A DNA stretch of 44,690 nt from Mycobacteriales bacterium (GCA_051000715.1 JBPCOB010000133.1:1-44690); one strand, 5' to 3'; shown: positions 1-7,294, numbered from the stretch's first letter. Notes: a model not told the origin generated them from the sequence alone. Numbers and translations: made by a program.

Positions 1-127
1 CCCGCCACCTGGACGCGCTGAACCACAACAACGAGCGGATGCGGGAGTTCCAGACAAACTCGGTTACCCGTGAGCTGTGGCAGTCGGAGAAGGATGCTGC
101 AATCACCCGCGAAGGACTCCTGCGTGA
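1..127. repeat. terminal overlap copy A: exact 127-bp repeat of 44564..44690 (circular-closure redundancy)
   Basis: Base-by-base comparison: cccgccacctggacgcgctgaacc...ggactcctgcgtga is present at both window ends. One ORF reads through the junction in frame. Confidence 0.95.
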
Positions 128-416
128 CCAGATCATCGTCCTCGATAGGACCTTGCTGACGATGACACCGCTTCAGCAATCCGAGAAGAGCCACGCCGAG
201 ATGGTGAAGCAGGTCGAGGCGAGGGTCAGCGCTGCGGCGGAAGTCCTCGACAACAAGATCAGCGTCGTCGCCGACAAGCTAGCCGACCTCAAATCGTACC
301 GGGACACGACGGTAGGCCGCTCGTCGGGCTACCAGGCGCTCTACGCCTGGGGAGTCGCGGCGGTCACCGTCGTGATCTCGATCATCGTGCTGGTCAACGC
401 TTTCCTAGGAAAGTAG
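1..416 (+). CDS. tail-anchored coiled-coil membrane protein, C-terminal part (continues 44077..44690 across the circular junction)
   Basis: The frame of ORF 39..416 is open from base 3 and is the same frame as 44077..44690 once the 127-bp overlap is removed. The sequence is charged and helical, then ends in the hydrophobic tail GVAAVTVVISIIVLVNAFLGK. Confidence 0.7.
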   Translation, partial: RHLDALNHNNERMREFQTNSVTRELWQSEKDAAITREGLLRDQIIVLDRTLLTMTPLQQSEKSHAEMVKQVEARVSAAAEVLDNKISVVADKLADLKSYRDTTVGRSSGYQALYAWGVAAVTVVISIIVLVNAFLGK

Positions 417-450
417 CCAGCCCATTACTACCGAAAGGGGCGACCTCACC

Positions 451-1137
451 ATGACCATCATTGAGATTCCCACCCCCCCCGGCATGGGTCGGTCGCTGAT
501 CGACCACGACCCCCGCAACCGCGACTATCCGACCCGGGGTGTCCTGCACGCCGTCGATGCGCCGCTGGTCGAGAAGACCTGGCGGCGCGGCCACGCCTAC
601 GACCAAGGCCGGACTTCGCAGTGCGTCGCGTTCACCGGCAAGGGCATGCTGAACACGGCGCCGACCTCGGCGGCGGCACCGTACCGAACTCGGGCGGCCT
701 ACTCGACGGACGACTTCTACGCGGGCGCGCAGGCTGCGGACGAGTGGCCCGGACAGTCACCGGACTACGAGGGCACCAGCGCCAAGGGCCTGTGCGCCTA
801 CCTAACCACGCAAGGCCTCATCACCGAGTACCGCTGGTGTTTCGGTGTCGACGACGTGCTCCGCACCGTCTCCCACCATGGCTCGGTGGGTTGCGGCACC
901 TGGTGGTCAAGGTCGATGTTCACCCCCGGAGAGCGTGGTCTGCTCACGGTTGACGGCGAGTGGATCGGGGGTCACGAGTGGGAGATCGTCGGCGTCGACC
1001 CGCATCGTGAGGAGGTCATCGCCTGCAATTCGTGGAGCCTGTCGTGGGGGGACCGGGGACATTTCCGGCTCACCTTCGCCGACCTCGACCGGCTGCTGAC
1101 TGCGGACGGCGACGCGTTCACGCTGGTGCCCGCATGA
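451..1137 (+). CDS. papain-like (C1-type motifs) cysteine peptidase, probable cell-wall peptidase module of the lysis system
   Basis: ORF 451..1137. Motifs are DQGRTSQC (Gln-x5-Cys nucleophile), GGHEWEIVG (His) and CNSWSLSWGDRGHF (Asn-Ser-Trp), in papain order. RBS gaaagggg lies upstream. Confidence 0.65.
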   Translation: MTIIEIPTPPGMGRSLIDHDPRNRDYPTRGVLHAVDAPLVEKTWRRGHAYDQGRTSQCVAFTGKGMLNTAPTSAAAPYRTRAAYSTDDFYAGAQAADEWPGQSPDYEGTSAKGLCAYLTTQGLITEYRWCFGVDDVLRTVSHHGSVGCGTWWSRSMFTPGERGLLTVDGEWIGGHEWEIVGVDPHREEVIACNSWSLSWGDRGHFRLTFADLDRLLTADGDAFTLVPA

Positions 1138-1460
1138 CCGGCCCGGTGAGCCTCGCGGTCCTGTCCACCGGCTGCGTGTGCGTCGCCGAGCATTCCCCGA
1201 CGGCCTACGTCCCGACCCGGCATCACCGGCTCCCGCAGTCCTGGGGTGGCCCGTCCGTCGCCGACAACCTGGTTACTTTGTGCCCATCGACTCACACGGC
1301 TGTCCACCGCTTGATTGACGAGTACGTGCGGCACGGCGGCGACCCCGGGTGGGACACCCGGCGTCACTTCGGTGCCTACGCCCGTGACCTCGCAGCCCGG
1401 GCATGGGAGCAGCGACCCGTTACACCGACCATCACGAGCCTGCACGTCGCGGCCGGCTAG
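1134..1460 (+). CDS. HNH endonuclease
   Basis: The ATG at 1134 overlaps the stop of the previous gene (ATGA). Motif is HHRLPQSWGG...NLVTLCPSTHTAVH. The longer ORF-track start at 1032 overlaps the peptidase gene and is unlikely. Confidence 0.7.
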   Translation: MTGPVSLAVLSTGCVCVAEHSPTAYVPTRHHRLPQSWGGPSVADNLVTLCPSTHTAVHRLIDEYVRHGGDPGWDTRRHFGAYARDLAARAWEQRPVTPTITSLHVAAG

Positions 1461-1672
1461 AGCTGCTTCCGTGGCCGCCCGGTCCTGCCCGGCCGGGTCG
1501 CCTGCCATTCGCGGATCGTGGCCTCGTGCCAGCCGGGTGAGTTGCCGAGCATCGCGTCCGGTGGAGGCAGGGTGCCACGGACCCGGTAGGTGCGTATCGA
1601 TCCGGGTGCGAGGCCGAGCAGGGCGGCGACCCCCGCCGTGTCGAGGAGGGGGCCGCGGTCCGTGGTGGTCAC
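1457..1672 (-). CDS. small helix-turn-helix DNA-binding protein (excisionase/MerR-like), basic C-terminal tail
   Basis: ORF 1457..1672 minus. LLDTAGVAALLGLAPGSIRTYR...W...REW resembles Xis/AlpA-type HTH. It ends GRTGRPRKQL. Last gene of the antisense operon. Its stop overlaps the HNH stop in the palindrome CTAG. Confidence 0.6.
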   Translation of the reverse strand: MTTTDRGPLLDTAGVAALLGLAPGSIRTYRVRGTLPPPDAMLGNSPGWHEATIREWQATRPGRTGRPRKQL

Positions 1673-2031
1673 AGGGCCTCAGCGTCGGCCCGGGCTGCGC
1701 GAGCCTCAGCGCGGTAGTTGTGTGCCCAGTCGGCAGAGTCGACCAGGCTTTCCGCACGCAGCTCCTCGGCGGCACCCTCGTAGTCGGAGTTGCAGTTTTC
1801 GGCAGCCGCGTCAGCCACATCCTCGGCGTTGTCGGTGAAAGATTCCGCGGTGGCGTCGCAGGCCACGGCGTAGGCCCGGAGTGCCTTCACTTCATCGGCG
1901 TAGAAGCCGTCGAGGTCGGCATGGCCGGTGAGCCGGTAGCCGCCGTCTTCGGCGTCGAGGAAGATGCCGTGCTGGTCGAAGATGTCGCCGCTGCTGATCT
2001 CGCGGGCGATGGTGAAGAGGTAAGTGCTCAT
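1669..2031 (-). CDS. highly acidic 120-aa hypothetical protein
   Basis: Internal ATG (cat at 2029-2031) preceded by AAGGAG (rc of ctcctt). Begins MSTYLFTIAREISSGD. Roughly a quarter of residues are Asp/Glu. The 201-aa ORF-track version overlaps the upstream gene. Confidence 0.65.
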   Translation of the reverse strand: MSTYLFTIAREISSGDIFDQHGIFLDAEDGGYRLTGHADLDGFYADEVKALRAYAVACDATAESFTDNAEDVADAAAENCNSDYEGAAEELRAESLVDSADWAHNYRAEARAARADAEAL

Positions 2032-2054
2032 CTTGTGCTCCTTGTTTGGTGTTT
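2028..2054 (-). repeat. duplicated translation-initiation region, copy A (matches 2576..2602)
   Basis: tcatcttgtgctccttg is identical (17/17) at 2028-2044 and 2576-2592, then 7 of the next 10 nt match. Each copy contains the start codon plus the AAGGAG RBS of a minus-strand gene. Confidence 0.85.
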
Positions 2055-2066
2055 CGGTCGTGGCGT

Positions 2067-2579
2067 TCATGCCATCACCCGGTCGTACTCGGCGAGGGTC
2101 GCGGCGAGGATCGTGTCCATGTCGAGCCCGGCGCCGCTGGCTGCCGCGCTTGCGTAAACGGCCGCGTTGGTGCCGAGGGCATTGCTGCCCCCGTGCTCGC
2201 CACTCTCGACTGCCACCTGGGCTGCGATGACGGCTTCGCGATCGGCCCCGACCGGGGCGCCGATACGGCTCCACGACTCGCGCTTGGTTGCGTCCTTGGC
2301 GTCACCGCACTCCTCGGCGGTGGCCTCGCCGCGGGTGAAAGCTTCGGCGGTGGAGATGGCGGCCTCGCACACGACCGCGTAGTCGGCGGGCACCAGGTGG
2401 AGCACCTGGCGGGCTGCGCAAGCACCGAGTGCGGTGTCGAGCTTGGCGGCCAGCTTGCGGTTGGAGCGGCCGGCGGGCACTGAGGTGGTTTCGGCGCGGG
2501 CGAGGAGGCCGGCGTCGGTGGCGTGCTTGGCGAGGACTGCGATCACCGGGTGAGTGGTGGTGGTGGCTGTGGTGGTCAT
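2067..2579 (-). CDS. Ala-rich helical hypothetical protein (170 aa), first gene of antisense operon
   Basis: ORF 2067..2579 minus with AAGGAG RBS. The pattern ARQVLHLVP...AISTAEAFTRGEAT..EE faintly resembles helical immunity-type proteins. That resemblance is unverified recollection only. Confidence 0.55.
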   Translation of the reverse strand: MTTTATTTTHPVIAVLAKHATDAGLLARAETTSVPAGRSNRKLAAKLDTALGACAARQVLHLVPADYAVVCEAAISTAEAFTRGEATAEECGDAKDATKRESWSRIGAPVGADREAVIAAQVAVESGEHGGSNALGTNAAVYASAAASGAGLDMDTILAATLAEYDRVMA

Positions 2580-2602
2580 CTTGTGCTCCTTGGCTGGTGT
2601 TC
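2576..2602 (-). repeat. duplicated translation-initiation region, copy B (matches 2028..2054)
   Basis: See copy A. Confidence 0.85.
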
Positions 2603-2615
2603 TTCCGATAGGTAC

Positions 2616-2644
2616 AACTTACCGCGTCCGCAACCCCGTGTCAA
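2616..2644 (-). promoter_or_regulatory. near-consensus sigma-70/SigA-type promoter for the antisense operon
   Basis: The minus strand reads TTGACA (plus 2639-2644), a 17-nt spacer, then TAAGTT (plus 2616-2621, fits TANNNT). It lies about 30 nt upstream of the 2579 start codon. Confidence 0.55.
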
Positions 2645-2685
2645 CACTCTGCGAACAACTTTCTTGAGAATCTTCTGGAGGCATC

Positions 2686-4371
2686 ATGACCCTGCACGCG
2701 CTGACCGCGAACATCCGCGTCGACCTGCCCGACCGGGATGCCGAGACCGAGATCCGCCGCGACCTCGCTTTCGGCCCGGATGTGCTGCTGCTCCAGGAGG
2801 TCGGGGGCCGCGCCGCGGTCTTCGACCGAATTGCCGGCGAGGGCGTCTACGGCGAGGTGCGCTTCGGCCGACAGTCGGGCATCGGGGGCGGGGCGGCTAG
2901 GAACAACGTGATCCTCTACCGCCGGGCACGGCTCGGGCTCACCGACCGGGAGAGCACGTTGCTGCACCGGAGCATCCTCTTCCGGAGCGCGACCCGGTAC
3001 CTGACCTCCGCGCTGTTCCTCGACCAGCAGACCGGGCGACCGGTCCCGGTCAACAACGTGCACATGGTGCCGCACGCCGACACGAGCGCCGGCTGGCTGA
3101 CCAGCTACCCGCGCCGCCGCCTCGTCATCGCCGCGCTCGATGTCATCACCGCGAAGATCGCCGTGCAGAAGGCATCCGGCGCTCTGGTGATCACCGGCGG
3201 CGACTGGAACAACAACGACAAGGCGGACGCCGGTCAGGACAAGGCGAACGTGCAGGCTCGCCTTGGTGCGGTGGGCGCACGCTCCAACTTCGACGTGCTC
3301 GGGACCGCCGCCTACACCGGCACCCACGGCCGCGACTTCTACGACTCGATCTACGTCACCGGCCCGGCGGCGTTCGCCCGGGAGACCGTGCATCCGCGTG
3401 GCCTGTCCGACCATCACGCCGTGTCCGTCTGGCTCGAAGTGGCACCCATCAAGCCCGCACCGGTCCCGGCTGCATCTGTCCCCGTCGTCACACCCGCACC
3501 TACCCCGACCGCCGCACCGAAGGAGCCCCTCATGGCCGCACGCATCGACGGCATCGACTTGTCCCACTGGCAGAGCGGCGCGCTCGACTTCAACGCCGCG
3601 AAGCGCGCCGGCGTCCGCTTCGTGTCCCACAAGGCCTCCGAGGGGACCGACTACCGGGATGCGAAGTACGGGCAGCGTCGCCGTGAATGCGCGGCGGCCG
3701 GTGTCCCGTTCGGTGCCTACCACTTCGCCCGGCCCAGCCGGTCCGGTGGCACCGCACAGGCGAAGTTCTTCCTCTCGGTCGCCGACCCGAAGCCCGGCGA
3801 CCTGCGGCCCATGCTCGACCTCGAAGACCGCGGAGGTCTGTCCATCGGGCCACTGAGCGGATGGGTCGGTGACTTCGTGGCCGAGGTCGTCCGCCAGATC
3901 GGTGTGCCGCCGTTCATCTACACGTCTTTCGACCTGGATGACACTTTCGACTGCCCGCTGTGGGTGGCGCGGTACTCGAACGCCATGTCGGCCCCGCACA
4001 TCCCGGCGCCGTGGAAGCGGTACACCATCTGGCAGTTCTCGGACGGTGTCTACGGTCACCCGTCGACGGTGCCCGGCATCGGTAAGTGCGACATCAACAC
4101 GCTGAACACGTCCGACCCGGCGGCGCTGGTGAAGGCGTTCATCCTCACTGCTCCCGCCGCACCCGAGCCCGCCGTCGTCGAGCCGAAGCCCGCACTGACC
4201 CCCACTCAGGAGCCCACCGTGCCGAACAACCGGATCACCCAGGCCCGCGGCCACCTCGCGACCGCCCTGAAGCTGCTCGACGACGCCCAGAGCATCGAGC
4301 ACCGCACCGGCTGGGTGCGGATCGCCACCGGTGTCATCCGCACCGGCTACAACCGACTCCCCAGGAGCTGA
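2686..4371 (+). CDS. endolysin: N-terminal endonuclease/exonuclease/phosphatase (EEP) domain fused to GH25 muramidase, plus Pro/Ala linker and C-terminal helical region
   Basis: EEP motifs in order: LTANIRV, LLLQEV, NVHMV, GGDWN, LSDHHAV. GH25 motifs: GIDLSHWQ, FVSHKASEGTDYRD, GAYHFARP, MLDLED. GGAGG RBS lies before ATG 2686. Confidence 0.8.
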   Translation: MTLHALTANIRVDLPDRDAETEIRRDLAFGPDVLLLQEVGGRAAVFDRIAGEGVYGEVRFGRQSGIGGGAARNNVILYRRARLGLTDRESTLLHRSILFRSATRYLTSALFLDQQTGRPVPVNNVHMVPHADTSAGWLTSYPRRRLVIAALDVITAKIAVQKASGALVITGGDWNNNDKADAGQDKANVQARLGAVGARSNFDVLGTAAYTGTHGRDFYDSIYVTGPAAFARETVHPRGLSDHHAVSVWLEVAPIKPAPVPAASVPVVTPAPTPTAAPKEPLMAARIDGIDLSHWQSGALDFNAAKRAGVRFVSHKASEGTDYRDAKYGQRRRECAAAGVPFGAYHFARPSRSGGTAQAKFFLSVADPKPGDLRPMLDLEDRGGLSIGPLSGWVGDFVAEVVRQIGVPPFIYTSFDLDDTFDCPLWVARYSNAMSAPHIPAPWKRYTIWQFSDGVYGHPSTVPGIGKCDINTLNTSDPAALVKAFILTAPAAPEPAVVEPKPALTPTQEPTVPNNRITQARGHLATALKLLDDAQSIEHRTGWVRIATGVIRTGYNRLPRS

Positions 4372-4372
4372 C

Positions 4373-4744
4373 ATGACGATCACGGACGTGCAGACCGACG
4401 CCAGGGACGGCACGACCCATCCCTATGGGGTCCGCGTCGGCGACCCAGTCCACTACTGGCGCGCCGACGCCCCTCCGCTGTCGGAGACGTACGAGGCCCC
4501 CGCCTGCTGGCACGGCCTGGTCCTGGGATTCTCCTACGACGATGCGCGCTCGATCTGGCTCGCTGACCTCGTGGTGGTGGACCCTCACGAGGGCTCGCTG
4601 CACCTTGTCCGAGCAGCTCCGCAGTCAGAGTCGACCGCCTCAACCGTGCGCATCGGCGGCGAGTGCGGCGAGCCGTCGTGGGGGGTCGGCGCTTCGTGGC
4701 ATCGACCAATCACGGGCCACCTACGAACCAATCTGAGGAGCTGA
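4373..4744 (+). CDS. hypothetical protein (123 aa) between lysin and holin
   Basis: ATG 4373 follows AGGAG and overlaps the lysin stop region. Same frame as ORF 4331..4744. Confidence 0.6.
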   Translation: MTITDVQTDARDGTTHPYGVRVGDPVHYWRADAPPLSETYEAPACWHGLVLGFSYDDARSIWLADLVVVDPHEGSLHLVRAAPQSESTASTVRIGGECGEPSWGVGASWHRPITGHLRTNLRS

Positions 4745-4746
4745 CC

Positions 4747-4950
4747 ATGAACGTCATTCGCACCGAGCCCGCGCTTGTTGTCGCCGTCGTCCTCGCCGTC
4801 ATCGGCGTGGCGTCGGCGTTCGGCCTCGGCCTTACCGATGGGCAGGCGGATGCGATCGTGGCTGTCGTCGGCGCGGTTCTCGCGCTCGTCGGTGGCGCGG
4901 TCACCCGCACCCAGGTGACACCGGCCGCCAAGCACGCAAGGGAGAACTGA
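4747..4950 (+). CDS. putative holin (67 aa, two transmembrane segments)
   Basis: ATG 4747 after GAGGAG. Hydrophobic segments are ALVVAVVLAVIGVASAFGLGL and AIVAVVGAVLALVGGAV, followed by a charged C-terminus. Position is next to the lysin. Confidence 0.6.
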   Translation: MNVIRTEPALVVAVVLAVIGVASAFGLGLTDGQADAIVAVVGAVLALVGGAVTRTQVTPAAKHAREN

Positions 4951-4951
4951 C

Positions 4952-5293
4952 ATGGCTTTCACCGATGCAGCACTGAATGCCGCTGTCGACGGTATCGCGG
5001 CGGCCGGGTCGTGGATCTCCGCGCACACCGCTGACCCTGTCGCCACGGGCACGGCTCAGGCCGGGACTCGGGTGCAGACCACGTGGGGTGCTGCCGGGTC
5101 GGGTGCGACCGGTGGGGATCGGACGGGTTCGCAGGTGAGCATCGGGGTCGCCGCCGGGGTCACGGTGACTCATTGGGGGCTGTGGTCGGCGACGGCGGCG
5201 GGGACGTTCTTGGGTGGTTTCGCGCTGGGTGCACCGGAGGCGTTCGGGGCGGCGGGGAACCTGCTGCTGACGCCGACCCTCGACGTCGACTGA
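4952..5293 (+). CDS. hypothetical Gly/Ala-rich protein (family often annotated as minor tail protein in actinophages)
   Basis: ORF 4952..5293 with RBS aagggagaa. The pattern MAFTDAALNAAVDGI...HTADPVATGTA...G resembles a recurrent actinophage family (recollection only). Confidence 0.55.
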   Translation: MAFTDAALNAAVDGIAAAGSWISAHTADPVATGTAQAGTRVQTTWGAAGSGATGGDRTGSQVSIGVAAGVTVTHWGLWSATAAGTFLGGFALGAPEAFGAAGNLLLTPTLDVD

Positions 5294-5302
5294 GGCTGAT
5301 TC

Positions 5303-7294
5303 GTGGCAACCGTCACGAAGACGTTCTCGTTCGCGGCGGGCGTAGAAAGTTTCACTGCCTCCTCCGACCGTGTTGCCGTAAGCACGTGGGATGGGGCTGT
5401 CGGCAATCCGCCGGGGTCACTGAGGTCGAGCGTAGCTGGGCGCAGCGCGTCTGGGTCGACGGACCGGTACACCGCCGGCTTCACGTGGATGGACCTCAAC
5501 GTCCCGGCTGGGGCCACGGTTACCGGGATACGGCTGCTGTCTCTGTCCACACGATGCACCGACTACACGATCGGCAGCACCACGCGTGTCGGACAGTGCT
5601 ACCTATATCTGTCTGGTTTTGGCAACATGGAGCTAGTCCCTGGTCGCAGTGTTGCCGGTGTCGACACGGGATGGCAGGTCACGCCGGCTCAAGCGCTGGT
5701 GGCGATTCCGGTGACGTCGCCGTCCACTGACAGCATCACAGTTGGTTTGTTCTCCGACCTCGCCACCGGCGCGAGCGCCAAGGCGGTCGTCACCGTCTAC
5801 GTTGACGAGCTGGTCCTGGAGACCACCTACACGCCGGCGGCCGCGACCGGGGAGACACACACGGCGACCGGGACGCGCGCACCCGCGCTGGTGGCCGCCC
5901 GCAGCACGGCGGCTACCCGCCGACCTGCGGCCCCCGTCGCAGCGGCCGTTGTCGTCGCGTCGGTGGCACGGGCCAGCATCCGCCCCCGCGTGGCCAGTGG
6001 CATCGCGACAGCCACCACCCGGGTCGCGGCGACCACCACCCGGACGAGGGCGAGCATCAGCGTCGCCGCGGCCTCGGCAACCAGTCAGCAGGTCGTCAAC
6101 CACCCCGTTACCGTCCGGGGCGGCGCGTCGACGGCCGCTAGTGCTGTCGTCACCACCCAGCATCCGGCTACCGTCGCTGCCACTGCCACCACCGACGGCC
6201 GGGCCGTCTCGGGTAGCAGCCGCCCGTCGAGCCGCCGCGCTTCCGCAACCGGGACCGCGCGCGCCACGACCACCAGCAGCCGGAGTCGACCGGTCACTGG
6301 ACCCGCAGCCGTTGGCGCACGGACCACAGCCGCGAGCACCCGGGCGTACGTGGCCACCGTCCCCGCGACGGCCGTAGCCCGCACCGCAGCGAGCAGCAGC
6401 CGCCCGAGGCCCGTCACCGCCCCAGCGACCACCACGGCACGCGCTAGCGTCACCACGGCCCGGACTCCCCCCTCGACCGCACCAGCGACGGTCACCGCCC
6501 GCGCCGGACTCACCACCGCCCACCCCCTGGCAGCCACCGCGCCAGCCACCGCGGTCGCCTCGGCCACTGCCACCAGTAGCCGACCAGTCACCGTCGCAGC
6601 CACCGGCACCGCCTCCGCTTCGGCGACCGTCGCCCGGGTTACCACCGACCATCCGGTCACCGGCCGCGCCGGAGTCGTCGCCACTACACGAGCCGTCACG
6701 GCCACCACCCGGACGTCGTCGAGCACCGCGCGTGCTACTACCGGCGCGGGCGTCGACAGTGCCAGCGACCGCCCCCGGACAGTCACCATCGCGGCCACCG
6801 TCAGCACCCGAGCCACGGCGAGCAGCAGCCGCCCCACAACCAGTACCGCGTCAGCCACGGCTACTAGCCGCGCCGTCACTGTCAGCGCCGCCACCCCGCC
6901 CGAAACTCACGCCACAACCGGACACGCCACCGCCACAGCCGCGGCCACGCACAGCCTGACCACGGTGCGAGTGGTCACCGGCACCGCACCAGCCCGGCTC
7001 GTCGCCGCGACCAGCACACTGACGACCCGCCTAGCCCTCGGCACCGCACCCGCAGTCACCCGCGGTAACGCCGTCACCGCCGCGGCCCCGCTGTACCGGC
7101 CGGCGCTCCACCCCCGAGCGACACTCTCATCCAACCGGACGGACGCGAACATGCGCATCACTCACCCGAGGGCAACCCTGACACCCAATCAGACGGACGC
7201 CATTCTGCGCGACGACACCACGGCGGCCACCCTCGCCCCCAACCAGACAGATGCCATCATTACCGACCACCACCCGAAGGCGGAACTCGCATGA
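5303..7294 (+). CDS. 663-aa protein: ~185-aa globular N-terminal domain plus ~430-aa Ala/Thr/Arg/Ser/Val low-complexity region and C-terminal tandem repeats
   Basis: ORF 5303..7294 with GTG start. Third-position C/G bias supports the plus frame over the mirror ORFs on the minus strand. SSRP(R)PVT-type units recur. Confidence 0.7.
   Translation: MATVTKTFSFAAGVESFTASSDRVAVSTWDGAVGNPPGSLRSSVAGRSASGSTDRYTAGFTWMDLNVPAGATVTGIRLLSLSTRCTDYTIGSTTRVGQCYLYLSGFGNMELVPGRSVAGVDTGWQVTPAQALVAIPVTSPSTDSITVGLFSDLATGASAKAVVTVYVDELVLETTYTPAAATGETHTATGTRAPALVAARSTAATRRPAAPVAAAVVVASVARASIRPRVASGIATATTRVAATTTRTRASISVAAASATSQQVVNHPVTVRGGASTAASAVVTTQHPATVAATATTDGRAVSGSSRPSSRRASATGTARATTTSSRSRPVTGPAAVGARTTAASTRAYVATVPATAVARTAASSSRPRPVTAPATTTARASVTTARTPPSTAPATVTARAGLTTAHPLAATAPATAVASATATSSRPVTVAATGTASASATVARVTTDHPVTGRAGVVATTRAVTATTRTSSSTARATTGAGVDSASDRPRTVTIAATVSTRATASSSRPTTSTASATATSRAVTVSAATPPETHATTGHATATAAATHSLTTVRVVTGTAPARLVAATSTLTTRLALGTAPAVTRGNAVTAAAPLYRPALHPRATLSSNRTDANMRITHPRATLTPNQTDAILRDDTTAATLAPNQTDAIITDHHPKAELA
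7109..7270 (+). repeat. three imperfect ~17-18-codon tandem repeats at the C-terminus of the 663-aa protein
   Basis: HPRATLSSNRTDANMRIT / HPRATLTPNQTDAILRDDT / TAATLAPNQTDAIITDHHP. Confidence 0.8.

Noticed and set aside
1-127. Biological direct terminal repeat of the virion DNA.
   Set aside because: The ends fall inside a coding sequence. The repeat length equals a common assembler k-mer, and an HNH-terminase arrangement predicts cos ends near 24.1 kb. This remains testable, so it is not excluded outright (see the finding).
2641-4413. Long antisense or alternative-frame ORFs. On the minus strand: 2641-4413, 17373-18608, 24753-25796, 25819-26658, 29799-30677, 33277-34782, 36451-37581, 41595-43127. 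On the plus strand in other frames: 25856-26992, 34740-35708.
   Set aside because: They mirror or overlap well-supported genes with recognisable motifs. Their translations are Arg/Gly/Pro-rich, as is typical of out-of-frame high-G+C sequence, and they break the operon logic. I treat them as stop-codon-poor artefacts.
5633-6894. Minus-strand ORFs 5633-6652 and 6085-6894 as the real genes of the low-complexity region.
   Set aside because: The plus frame is continuous with a globular N-terminal domain, is translationally coupled to the downstream gene (ATGA at 7291) and shows C/G-rich third positions. The antisense frames are mirror images created by the Ala/Thr/Arg codon composition.
5303-7294. 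Diversity-generating retroelement target (hypervariable repeat protein).
   Set aside because: No reverse transcriptase gene is present, and no template/variable repeat pair with adenine-specific differences was seen anywhere in the genome.
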